Shown one piece after another: positions 1-9,207 of a stretch of DNA of 53,260 nucleotides. The notes beneath the pieces were generated by a model that was given only the letters and a program-made list of their open reading frames with translations, ran no database searches and was not told the DNA's origin. The translations under genes were made by a program, and so were the position numbers. Positions within the stretch are counted from its first letter, which is position 1; each line of letters begins with the position of its first letter. Origin of the DNA: Clostridia bacterium (GTDB lineage: Bacteria; Bacillota; Clostridia; Christensenellales; UBA1242); the NCBI GenBank assembly GCA_017523305.1, contig JAFWWV010000071.1:1-53260 (forward strand). Direction: 5' to 3'.

Positions 1-1
1 T

Positions 2-1321
2 TCGCAAGTGGATGGCCATCAATATATCGATAAGGCTGTAGAGCTGGGAGCTACAGTGGTGGTTTGTGAAGAGTTGCCGGTGTCGTGTGCATCGGGTGTA
101 GCTTATGTCAGGGTGGCAAACACTGCCGAGGCATTGGGTCGTCTGGCATCGCAATGGTATGGCAATCCTTCGGCTGCACTCACACTTGTGGGTGTTACCG
201 GCACCAATGGAAAAACCACTACAGCCACACTGCTGTATGAGATGTTTCGACTCTATGGTTACAAGGTAGGACTGCTCTCGACAGTGTGCAATTATGTCGA
301 TGATGAGGCCGTACAAGCAACCCACACAACCCCCGACCCTATATCGCTCAATGCGCTATTGCGCCGTATGGTAGATGCCGGTTGTACTTATGCCTTTATG
401 GAAGTAAGCTCGCACTCGGCACATCAGCACCGTATAGCCGGATTGCAATTTGCCGGAGGTATCTTTAGCAACCTTACTCGCGACCACATGGATTATCACA
501 AGACCGTCGATGCTTACCTGCAAGCCAAGAAAATGTTTTTCGATGCTCTTCCGGTCGGCTCCTTTGCCCTCACCAATATAGACGATAAGGTAGGAGAGGT
601 GATGTTGCAGAATTGTCGCGCTCGCAAGTATACATATTCATTGCGTGCAATGGCCGACTTTAAGGCTCGTACCATTGAGAGTCGCTTGGATGGTACCTTG
701 GTGGCTTTTGATGGGCGTGAGGTAGAGACACATTTTGTGGGTCGATTCAATGTATATAACCTTCTGGCAGTATATGCGGCAACATGCTTGTTGGGGCAAG
801 ACAAGGAACAAACATTGATAAATATGAGCCTGCTAACACCTGTAGCTGGTCGTTTCCAGACAGTATATTCGCCTCGTGGATATGTGGCTGTTATCGACTA
901 TGCCCATACGCCCGATGCACTAACCAATGTGTTGTCGACCTTGCGTGATGTTCTGAGTAAAGATGGACATATCATTACAGTAGTGGGTGCCGGAGGTAAT
1001 CGTGACAAGGGTAAACGCCCGATAATGGCGCGAGAAGCTGCCAAGTTGAGCGATGAATTGGTGCTGACATCCGATAATCCCCGCTTTGAAAATCCCGATG
1101 AGATACTTGCCGATATGCAAGCAGGACTTGATGTGGAGGCAATGAAACATACGCTCGCTATAACCGATCGTCGTCAAGCCATACGTGCAGCTGTGCGGCT
1201 GGCACAACCCGGCGATGTGATATTGATAGCCGGTAAAGGTCATGAGGATTATCAGGAGATACAGGGTGTGAAGCATCACTTTGATGATCGAGAGGAAGTA
1301 GAGATGATTTTTGCCGAATAA
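2..1321 (+). CDS. murE: UDP-N-acetylmuramoyl-L-alanyl-D-glutamate--2,6-diaminopimelate ligase (5'-partial, runs off window start)
   Basis: Mur ligase P-loop [20 protein letters not shown], and TSDNPRFE (the DNPR motif typical of meso-DAP-adding MurE). It is the first gene of a murE-mraY-murD-ftsW-murG-murC order. The GTG at 8 in the ORF track is probably internal. Confidence 0.9.
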   Translation, partial: SQVDGHQYIDKAVELGATVVVCEELPVSCASGVAYVRVANTAEALGRLASQWYGNPSAALTLVGVTGTNGKTTTATLLYEMFRLYGYKVGLLSTVCNYVDDEAVQATHTTPDPISLNALLRRMVDAGCTYAFMEVSSHSAHQHRIAGLQFAGGIFSNLTRDHMDYHKTVDAYLQAKKMFFDALPVGSFALTNIDDKVGEVMLQNCRARKYTYSLRAMADFKARTIESRLDGTLVAFDGREVETHFVGRFNVYNLLAVYAATCLLGQDKEQTLINMSLLTPVAGRFQTVYSPRGYVAVIDYAHTPDALTNVLSTLRDVLSKDGHIITVVGAGGNRDKGKRPIMAREAAKLSDELVLTSDNPRFENPDEILADMQAGLDVEAMKHTLAITDRRQAIRAAVRLAQPGDVILIAGKGHEDYQEIQGVKHHFDDREEVEMIFAE

Positions 1322-1339
1322 TAAATAAAAAACAGAATT

Positions 1340-2593
1340 ATGCTATATCACTTTTTTCACGATTTAAATATAGAAATGCCCGGCGTGGGACTATGGAATT
1401 ATATCTCGTTTCGTGCCGGTTTGGCTCTTATATTATCGCTTTTCATATCCACTATTATAGGTAAGCGTATTATAGACTATCTCCGACAAAAACAGATGGG
1501 CGAGTTGGTGCGTAATTTGGGTCTTGAAGGCGAAAATACCAAAAAAGGAACTCCCACAATGGGTGGTATTATCATTATTATCTCTATACTGCTCCCCTGT
1601 TTTCTGGTAGGTCGTTTCGATAGTCTGTATATGATATTGATGCTCATCACAACCGTGTGGCTGGGCTTGCTTGGATATGCCGATGACTATATCAAGGTTG
1701 TCAAGAAAGACAAAGAGGGTATGCATGGCAAATTTAAGATTATCGGTCAGGTGGGATTGGGTCTTATCGTAGGTCTTACACTATACTTCAATCCCGATTT
1801 CGTTATAAGAGAAAATGTTGAAGTTGTAGGAACCAATGGCACTGAGATAGAGTATCAGAAAGAAGATATCAAGTCTATTACAACCACAATTCCTTTTGTG
1901 AAAAATCACAACTTTGATTATGCCGACTTGGTTCCTTTCATGGGCGAGTATCAAGAGATGGCGGGATGGGTTATCTTTATATTGGTTATTATCTTGGTGG
2001 TAACTGCCGTATCGAATAGTGCCAACCTCACCGATGGATTGGATGGTCTTGCTACCGGAACCTCGGCTATAATAGGTGTGGCTTTGGGTATATTGGCTTA
2101 TTTTTCGGGTCACATCGAATATGCTTCTTATTTCAACATCATGTATATACCCGGCAGTGGTGAGTTGGTAGTATTTATGGCAGCCTTTATTGGAGCAACA
2201 ATAGGATTTCTTTGGTACAACTCGGCTCCGGCGCAAGTTTTTATGGGTGATACCGGCAGCCTTACGTTGGGTGGAATTATTGCAGTATTTGCAATACTTA
2301 TACACAAAGAATTGCTTATCCCTATTTTGTGTGGAGTGTTTTTTGTGGAGGCTCTGTCGGTAATTATTCAAACAACCTATTTCAAGATAACCAAGAGACG
2401 TACCGGTGTGGGGCGTCGTGTGTTTAAGATGTCTCCTTTGCATCACCATTTTCAAAAACCCGGCAATGCCGGTATAGATGCTTTGATACAGAAACCCATA
2501 CAAGTTATTCCCGAGACCAAGATTGTTGTCCGATTTTGGATTGTGGGTATAATATTGGCTGTAATTACATTGGTAACCTTGAAGATACGATAA
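1340..2593 (+). CDS. mraY: phospho-N-acetylmuramoyl-pentapeptide transferase
   Basis: Polytopic membrane protein with MraY motifs NLTDGLDGLA, FMGDTGSLTLGG and SPLHHHF. Sits between murE and murD. Confidence 0.92.
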   Translation: MLYHFFHDLNIEMPGVGLWNYISFRAGLALILSLFISTIIGKRIIDYLRQKQMGELVRNLGLEGENTKKGTPTMGGIIIIISILLPCFLVGRFDSLYMILMLITTVWLGLLGYADDYIKVVKKDKEGMHGKFKIIGQVGLGLIVGLTLYFNPDFVIRENVEVVGTNGTEIEYQKEDIKSITTTIPFVKNHNFDYADLVPFMGEYQEMAGWVIFILVIILVVTAVSNSANLTDGLDGLATGTSAIIGVALGILAYFSGHIEYASYFNIMYIPGSGELVVFMAAFIGATIGFLWYNSAPAQVFMGDTGSLTLGGIIAVFAILIHKELLIPILCGVFFVEALSVIIQTTYFKITKRRTGVGRRVFKMSPLHHHFQKPGNAGIDALIQKPIQVIPETKIVVRFWIVGIILAVITLVTLKIR

Positions 2594-2603
2594 AGAAGAA
2601 GTT

Positions 2604-3944
2604 ATGAAAAAAAACAAAATAGTGGTACTGGGTGCCGGAGAGAGTGGAGCCGGAGCAGCCGTGTTGGCCAAGGTAAAAGGCTTTGATGTCTTCGTGTCGG
2701 ATATGTCTTCAATCAAAGACAAGTATAAACAAATGCTTGATGAGTATGATATTGCATGGGAAGAGGGCAAGCATACTCCCGAGCGTATTATGGATGCCGA
2801 TGAGGTTATAAAGAGTCCCGGTATCCCCGATACAGCACCGCTTATAGTGGCACTTGTAGAGAAGGGAGTGCCTGTCATATCGGAGATTGAGTTTGCCGGC
2901 AGATATACCAATGCCCGCATGATATGTATTACCGGAAGTAATGGCAAGACTACCACGACATTGCTTACATACCACATCCTCAAGAGTGCAGGACTCAAGG
3001 TGGGATTGGCCGGTAACGTAGGTCAAAGTTTGGCCTATCAAGTAGCTACCTGTGACTACGAATATTATGTGGTTGAGTTGAGCAGTTTTCAGCTCGACAA
3101 TATGTATGACTTCAAGGCCGATATAGCTGTGTTGCTCAATATCACACCCGACCATCTCGATCGTTACGATCACAAGATGGAGAACTATATAGATGCCAAG
3201 TTCCGCATTACACGTAACCAAACAGCCGATGATGCCTTTATATATTGGAATGATGACCCCATTATCAACGAGAAGTTGCACTCTTTGCAACTCCACTCGC
3301 AACTATATCCTTTCTCAGAGGCACCCCAGCCACAATCAAGGGCCTATACGCACGACCGCAAAGTGGTGATAAATACACCCGATGATGTCTTCACGATGGA
3401 GGAGGATGAGTTGGCATTGCCCGGTCGACACAATCTATACAACTCGTTGGCTGCGGGTATATCGGCCAACTTGCTTCATATCGAGAAGGAAGAAATAAGA
3501 CGAGCTTTAAGTGACTTCCAAGCTGTCGAGCATCGTCTTGAGCCGGTAGCCACCGTACGAGGTGTACGTTTTATTAATGACTCAAAGGCTACCAATGTCA
3601 ACTCTTGTTGGTATGCCTTGGAGAGCATGGTGACACCGGTAGTGCTCATATTGGGCGGAAAAGACAAGGGTAATGACTATACCGAGATAGAACAACTTGT
3701 ACATGATAAAGTGAAAGCTATTGTGTGTATGGGTGTAGACAATAGTAAGTTGCATACCTTCTTCGATGGTAAGGTGTCGCATATAGAAGATGCCCGGTCG
3801 ATGCAGGAGGCTGTTACTAAGGCTTATGCCGTAGCCGAGGCCGGTGACACCGTCTTGCTTTCGCCTTGTTGTGCCAGCTTCGACCTTTTTACAAGTTACG
3901 AAGACCGTGGTGCGCAATTTAAGGAATGTGTGCGCAATTTATAA
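2604..3944 (+). CDS. murD: UDP-N-acetylmuramoylalanine--D-glutamate ligase
   Basis: N-terminal GAGESGAGAA fold and Mur ligase P-loop GSNGKTTT. Sits between mraY and ftsW. Confidence 0.9.
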   Translation: MKKNKIVVLGAGESGAGAAVLAKVKGFDVFVSDMSSIKDKYKQMLDEYDIAWEEGKHTPERIMDADEVIKSPGIPDTAPLIVALVEKGVPVISEIEFAGRYTNARMICITGSNGKTTTTLLTYHILKSAGLKVGLAGNVGQSLAYQVATCDYEYYVVELSSFQLDNMYDFKADIAVLLNITPDHLDRYDHKMENYIDAKFRITRNQTADDAFIYWNDDPIINEKLHSLQLHSQLYPFSEAPQPQSRAYTHDRKVVINTPDDVFTMEEDELALPGRHNLYNSLAAGISANLLHIEKEEIRRALSDFQAVEHRLEPVATVRGVRFINDSKATNVNSCWYALESMVTPVVLILGGKDKGNDYTEIEQLVHDKVKAIVCMGVDNSKLHTFFDGKVSHIEDARSMQEAVTKAYAVAEAGDTVLLSPCCASFDLFTSYEDRGAQFKECVRNL

Positions 3945-3950
3945 TGAACT

Positions 3951-5288
3951 ATGGCTGCAATAGAAACAAATAGAACTCCTAAAAAGAAGGTAAAATACAC
4001 CTCCGATTGGACATTGTGGGCGTGCTATATCATATTGTGTGCGGTGTCGGTGGTAGAAGTATTCAGTGCTAGTAGTCTTGAACTCAAGAATGGTAATGTG
4101 TATCTACCCATTACATCGCATGTACAATGGTTGGGCTTGGGCTTCTTATTGGTTTTCGGGCTGGAGCATCTGCACTATAAGTATACCAAGGCAATAATGG
4201 TATTGGTTGCCGGAGTATCTATCTTGTTGGCTATTCTCACGCCATTGATAGGAGAGAATGTCAATGGTGCTGTGCGTGCAATCAACTTGGGCTTTATTTC
4301 TGTACAAGCAGCCGAGCCATGTAAGTTGGCAAGTGCCATGTTGCTGGCCTATGTATTGTCGCGCATGCAGAAACCCGATGGAACAGGATTGTCGAGCAAA
4401 GGTGTATGGCTGGGTATAGGTATAATATTCATGTTTGTATTATTGCTTATTACCCAAGGAGGCTCCAATGCACTTCTTGTGCTGTTGGTGGGTGGTACGC
4501 TAATGATACTCTCTGTATTGCCACGTAAACTTGTGTGGGGTGGTATAATATCACTTGTTGTGTTGATAATAGCAGCTGTGTCGCTTGTAATCATAACCCA
4601 GACAAGCGATGAGAAGGAGCAAGACTCAGAACAGCTTGCATCGACGATAGTTGTTAAGGAGGAGAAATCAAATAGTGGTATTACGAAAATGTTTCGTGCC
4701 GGAACGTGGAAAAATCGCATAGATGATTGGTTGCCCGACTCTGTTCCCGAGTATGAAAAGCCAACGAGTTATGCCGCTGGAGGAAACTCGCAGAAGCATC
4801 ACGCCTTTATGGCTATTGCCCATGGCAAAGGTATAGGTGTGATGCCCGGCAACAGCCGTGAGTGTTCACGATTGCAATTAGCTTTCTCGGATTATATATA
4901 TGCTATAATTCTCGAAGAGTTGGGACTATTGGGTGGTGGTATTGTCTTGTTGTGTTACTTAGGTATTATCATACGAGCCTGCATGATAAGTAAGAAGTGT
5001 AAGAGTGCCTATGCTTCGTTGCTTATCATGGGTATGGCTTTGGTAATTGTATATCAAGCATTTTATCACATGTGTATATCGGTGGGTGTATTGCCTGTAT
5101 CGGGTCAGACACTGCCTTTCATCAGCAAGGGAGGTACGTCTATCCTTGTTATGAGTATGGCAATGGGCATGATGTTGAGTGTGAGCCGATTTGCTGTAGA
5201 ACGTACCGACTCGGGCTTGAAAACCATCGACGACGATGACGAGTTGCCCGATGATTTGAGAGCCGACAATCCTGCCGGAGGATTTTAA
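3951..5288 (+). CDS. ftsW: SEDS-family peptidoglycan glycosyltransferase FtsW
   Basis: Polytopic membrane protein with the C-terminal SEDS signature GQTLPFISKGGTS. dcw cluster position. Confidence 0.85.
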   Translation: MAAIETNRTPKKKVKYTSDWTLWACYIILCAVSVVEVFSASSLELKNGNVYLPITSHVQWLGLGFLLVFGLEHLHYKYTKAIMVLVAGVSILLAILTPLIGENVNGAVRAINLGFISVQAAEPCKLASAMLLAYVLSRMQKPDGTGLSSKGVWLGIGIIFMFVLLLITQGGSNALLVLLVGGTLMILSVLPRKLVWGGIISLVVLIIAAVSLVIITQTSDEKEQDSEQLASTIVVKEEKSNSGITKMFRAGTWKNRIDDWLPDSVPEYEKPTSYAAGGNSQKHHAFMAIAHGKGIGVMPGNSRECSRLQLAFSDYIYAIILEELGLLGGGIVLLCYLGIIIRACMISKKCKSAYASLLIMGMALVIVYQAFYHMCISVGVLPVSGQTLPFISKGGTSILVMSMAMGMMLSVSRFAVERTDSGLKTIDDDDELPDDLRADNPAGGF

Positions 5289-5306
5289 TTTCAAAATGTA
5301 AGGTCT

Positions 5307-6422
5307 ATGAAAGATAACTTGAGAGTATTGATAAGTGGAGGAGGAACGGGAGGTCATATTTTCCCGGCTCTCTCTATAGCCAATGAGATAAAAATACGTT
5401 TTCCGCAGGCCGAGATTCTCTTTGTGGGCGCGGAGAGTCGTATGGAGATGGAAAAAGTGCCGGCAGCCGGATATAAAATAGTAGGCTTGCCGGTGTATGG
5501 TTTTGACCGTCGCAACATCCTTCGCAACTTCAAGGTGCTGTGGAATTTGGGCAAGAGTATTACTATGGCTCAAAAGCTGATCAAAGAGTTTTGTCCCGAT
5601 GTTGCAGTGGGCGTAGGTGGATATGCAAGTGGCCCTACACTATGGGCTGCATCGCACAAGGGTGTACCTACTCTCTTGCAAGAACAAAATGGATATGCCG
5701 GCGTTACCAATAAATTGTTGGCACATAGGGCCAATGTTATATGTGTGGCATACGAAGGAATGGAACGTTTTTTTCCTGCCGATAAAATCGTAATGACCGG
5801 TAATCCGGTACGTCAAGATTTGCTCAACCCTATGCTCACACGCAATGCAGCTGCCGAGTATTTTGGTCTCGATATGTCCCAAAAAACAATATTGGTGGTT
5901 GGCGGTAGTTTGGGTGCACGCACTATCAATGAGAGCATTGCACAGCAACTCGATGTTATCAGGGAGAGCAATGTGCAGGTAATATGGCAGACCGGAAAAC
6001 TCTATGATAAGCAAGCGCAGGCTCTGCTTGAAGCGCAACCCTCTCCCAATGTGAAACAGATGCCGTTTATATCACGAATGGATATGGCATACAAGGTGGC
6101 CGACCTTGTTATTTCGAGAGCAGGAGCCAGTTCGATATCGGAATTGTGCTTGCTGGAAAAGCCTGTGATTTTGGTGCCTTCGCCCAATGTGGCCGAAGAC
6201 CATCAGACGAAGAACGCCTTGGCATTGTCTTCGCGCAATGCCGCACTTCTTATTACCGATGATAAGGCGCGAGAAGAGCTTGTGCCTCAAGCCCTGCGCT
6301 TGATAAACGATGATGTGCAGCTCTTGTCTATGTCAAATAATATTTCTAATATGGCACAACACAACTCGGCACAGCGCATAGTCGATGAGTTGTGTCGCGT
6401 AGTAGAGGAGAATGAGAAATGA
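5307..6422 (+). CDS. murG: undecaprenyldiphospho-muramoylpentapeptide beta-N-acetylglucosaminyltransferase
   Basis: SGGGTGGHIFPALS N-terminal glycine loop, GGSLGA, and AGASSISE near the C-terminus. dcw position. Confidence 0.9.
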   Translation: MKDNLRVLISGGGTGGHIFPALSIANEIKIRFPQAEILFVGAESRMEMEKVPAAGYKIVGLPVYGFDRRNILRNFKVLWNLGKSITMAQKLIKEFCPDVAVGVGGYASGPTLWAASHKGVPTLLQEQNGYAGVTNKLLAHRANVICVAYEGMERFFPADKIVMTGNPVRQDLLNPMLTRNAAAEYFGLDMSQKTILVVGGSLGARTINESIAQQLDVIRESNVQVIWQTGKLYDKQAQALLEAQPSPNVKQMPFISRMDMAYKVADLVISRAGASSISELCLLEKPVILVPSPNVAEDHQTKNALALSSRNAALLITDDKAREELVPQALRLINDDVQLLSMSNNISNMAQHNSAQRIVDELCRVVEENEK

Positions 6423-6844
6423 AAAGATTGGAGTTGTATAAATCGGTATATTTTGTGGGTGCCGGAGGTATAGGTATGAGTGCGTTGGTGCGCTATTGTT
6501 TGTCGAAAGGCTTGCGTGTGGCAGGCTACGATCGTACGGCTACACCGCTTACGGCACAATTGCAACAAGAGGGAGCAGAGTTGTTTTTTGATGAGTCGGC
6601 TTCGCTCATACCCTTGTATTGTCGCAATGCCGAAGATACACTGGTTGTATACACACCCGCAATACCCAGCAATCATGAGGGCCTGAACTATTTTTTAGAG
6701 AACCACTTTGAAGTTATCAAACGAGCCAAACTGTTGGGACTTATTACTCATTCACTCAGAGGATTGTGTTTTGCCGGTACACATGGCAAGACAACAACGT
6801 CGAGCATGGCGGCACATATATTTGCCCAGTCGCCAGTATGCTAG
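6419..6844 (+). pseudogene. murC: UDP-N-acetylmuramate--L-alanine ligase, 3'-truncated at a composition break (only about 140 codons)
   Basis: GAGGIGMSAL and P-loop GTHGKTTTSSM are present. The ORF ends a few codons after AHIFAQS, exactly where G+C collapses. MurC proteins are normally about three times this length. Confidence 0.85.
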
Positions 6845-7316
6845 ACATTTTGCGTATTAAATCAAAGTTCATTTCGTTTAATATTCTAGCCCCGTAACAA
6901 TGCAAGAAAAAGTTTACATTACCAAAGTTTTGTTTTGCTTTTTCTAAACCCAGTCTTTTACCCCTTGAGTTAGTTGCTAGTGGTAAAAGTAGGGTATCTA
7001 CTAAATCACCAATTTCTTTCATAGTAACTGCTGTTGTGCTATATTTTGGGGCATCTTCTATATGACCATAAGCTACGCCTATAATGTCTACATCGTTATA
7101 AGTTGCCATTTCGTCGCCTATTTGTTGTTTTAAACCTATTAGGTTTTCTGCCATTTTGCATATAGCATTTGCGTCACTTTCGTCTTTTGTGGTGTTTCCA
7201 CCTAAACAAATAACAGTAGGTTTGGTTATTTTAAACTTATTAAAAAATAGTCGTTGCCAGTGGTTTGGTTTAGTTAAATCTCTTTTACCAAAACTTAAAC
7301 TAACACTTTTTTTCAT
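6845..7316 (-). CDS. hypothetical protein, 3'-truncated at the junction (ORF-track 6756..7316 reads through into the murC antisense)
   Basis: AT-rich codon usage. AGGAGA RBS 10 nt upstream of the ATG at 7316. No family recognised. The last roughly 30 residues of the listed ORF are encoded by the high-GC segment and are therefore artefactual. Confidence 0.5.
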
Positions 7317-7393
7317 TTAAACTTAGTCTCCTAAATATTATTATACCATATAACGATAACTTTCTCAATACCTAAAGGTTTTTAAAAAGCGTA

Positions 7394-7436
7394 TAAAAAA
7401 GCAACCCCCTTTTAAAATAAAAAGGAGATTGCCTTA
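7394..7436 (-). terminator. rho-independent terminator downstream of the PHP gene
   Basis: On the minus strand, AAGGCAAUCUCC...GGGGGUUGCUU forms a hairpin (with G-U pairs) followed by a U-run. Confidence 0.5.
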
Positions 7437-7462
7437 TTTTTTTTGATTTTATTTAGTTAAGT

Positions 7463-8308
7463 TTAAATGGTTTTTTGTTTTAAATCTTGCAAAAACTTAT
7501 ATGGAATTTTTAAATTTCCTTTACCTACACCCAGCATAGTATCTGGTTTGTTTTCGCCGTGAAAATCACTTCCACCACTTTGTAAAAGGTGGTATTTTTT
7601 TGCTAAAAACTTAGCATATTCTGTTTCAGCGTCGGTAAAAGTTGAGTATATAGTTTCTATTCCGTTTAAGCCGTTTTCTATAGCAAGTGGTAAAAGTTTG
7701 TTAAGGTCACTTTCGTCGTGCTGTAAAAGTGGGTGGGCAAGAATAGAAACAGCCCCTATATCTTTTATAAATTTTATGGTGGATAAGGTGTCCAGTCTAC
7801 TAGGCTCAACATACAATCCGTAGTCTTTTGAAAGCACTGTTTTAAAGGCTGCGTCCATACTTTCAACATAACCCTTTTTTACTAGTTCGTTTGCTATATT
7901 TGCTCTGTTTAACCTGCCGTTTGGGGTAGAAGATTTTAAACGCTCATAATCAATAACCATACCAATTTGAGATAACTTTTTAACTAAATCAAGGTTGCTT
8001 TCTTCTTTTAAATCGTCAAACTTTTTAACCATTTGGGTTATTTGGTCATAATATTCTTCTTTTATAAAAAGGGCGACAATGTGATACTCTTTATTTTCAA
8101 AGTGGGTAGAAAATTCTATACCGGGTATGGCTTCAAAATGATGTTCTTTTGCTGCCTTTAAAAAACTAGGTAAACCTGTTATTGTGTTGTGGTCGGTTAG
8201 GGCAATAGCCTGTAAACCACACTCTTTTGCCTTTAAAACAAGTTCTTCAGGTGTGCAAGTTCCATCTGAATAATTTGAGTGTGTATGTAAATCACAAAGT
8301 TCTTGCAT
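7463..8308 (-). CDS. PHP-domain metal-dependent phosphoesterase
   Basis: Motifs CDLHTHSNYSDG, ALTDHNT and GGSDFHG. Start moved to the ATG at 8308, preceded by an AAGGGGG RBS; the ORF track starts 14 codons upstream. Confidence 0.8.
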   Translation of the reverse strand: MQELCDLHTHSNYSDGTCTPEELVLKAKECGLQAIALTDHNTITGLPSFLKAAKEHHFEAIPGIEFSTHFENKEYHIVALFIKEEYYDQITQMVKKFDDLKEESNLDLVKKLSQIGMVIDYERLKSSTPNGRLNRANIANELVKKGYVESMDAAFKTVLSKDYGLYVEPSRLDTLSTIKFIKDIGAVSILAHPLLQHDESDLNKLLPLAIENGLNGIETIYSTFTDAETEYAKFLAKKYHLLQSGGSDFHGENKPDTMLGVGKGNLKIPYKFLQDLKQKTI

Positions 8309-8587
8309 TTTTTTAAGCCCCCTTTTGTTTTTATATTTGAAATCTAACAAAAATTTTTAATATAGTCAAACGGTAAATTTGTTTTAAAAAAACATAAACA
8401 TTTTGTTGAGTTTTAGTAAGGTGTTTTTAACTTTTTTAAAAATTTACTATTGTTGTTTAAAACCTAAAAAAAACAATCTTTTAAAAAACTTTTGCTTTTT
8501 AACAATTATCCCCACCTTTAAAAAACTGCAGTAAGTATATTATATATATATTAATTATTGTGAAATACAAAAATTTAAAAATATTAC

Positions 8588-8617
8588 TTGATAAATAAAA
8601 ATAAATAGTGTATTATA
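8588..8617 (+). promoter_or_regulatory. sigma-A type promoter upstream of the Asp23 gene
   Basis: TTGATA, 17 nt spacer, TATTAT, with a TG just upstream of the -10. Confidence 0.45.
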
Positions 8618-8674
8618 TGGTCGTAGTGTGAGAAAAGTCTATGCGACTGTCTAAACTACATTAAGAGGAAAATT

Positions 8675-9025
8675 ATGTCAGTTAAAACTTCAAACGCATT
8701 TGGAAATATTACTATTGATAATGATGCTATAGCAGTTGTAGCAGGTTATAATGCTTTAGAGTGCTATGGTGTAGTAGACCTTGTAGCTCGTAATACAAAA
8801 GAAAGTTTTAACGAATTATTTAAAAGCAAATCCCTTACTCGTGGCGTTAAGATAACAAGCGTGGGTAATCGTATTACAGTTGATTTAAACCTTATACTTA
8901 AATATGGCGTTTCAATTAATGCTGTCGCCGAAAGCGTTAAAAACACCGTTAAGTATAGTGTTGAAAAATTTACTGGTATGATTGTTGATGCTGTTAACAT
9001 TAAGGTCATTGGTGTAAGGGTTTAA
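8675..9025 (+). CDS. Asp23/Gls24-family stress protein (YloU-like)
   Basis: About 116 aa with an Asp23-like pattern (IAVVAGYNALECYGVV, GVKI...V.V.L). Followed by a DAK2 gene, as in the Bacillus yloU-yloV pair. Confidence 0.75.
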   Translation: MSVKTSNAFGNITIDNDAIAVVAGYNALECYGVVDLVARNTKESFNELFKSKSLTRGVKITSVGNRITVDLNLILKYGVSINAVAESVKNTVKYSVEKFTGMIVDAVNIKVIGVRV

Positions 9026-9207
9026 TTTTTATATACTAATACTTAAAAGTCTAAAAAAAGCAAATTGCCTTTAAAGGGCAAGGGTGTTTTTGTTTTTGCT
9101 TGTTTTACTAAAAACTGGAGAATTAAAAAAAGCACCTAAAAAAAACTAATAATACCAATTAGTTTAATACTTACGAAAAAAAATAAAGTGATAAACCACT
9201 TTAACCA

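Noticed and set aside
1781-2998. A 405-aa minus-strand ORF across mraY and murD.
   Set aside because: It is antisense to two well-supported conserved genes. It has no recognisable motifs and odd composition, and is a typical shadow ORF in GC-balanced DNA. The same applies to 514..804, 920..1279, 2709..3302, 4959..5573, 5640..6038 and 6287..6676.
6756-7316. A 186-aa minus-strand ORF listed as a complete gene.
   Set aside because: Its last 30 or so codons and its stop lie in the high-GC murC antisense across the junction. Only about 6845-7316 is genuine coding sequence of a truncated gene.
8351-8587. A long gene-free spacer upstream of the Asp23 gene was examined for a small RNA, riboswitch or short ribosomal-protein gene.
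   Set aside because: There is no G+C island, no convincing stem-loops, and no ORF with an RBS. Only the promoter at 8588-8617 is supportable.
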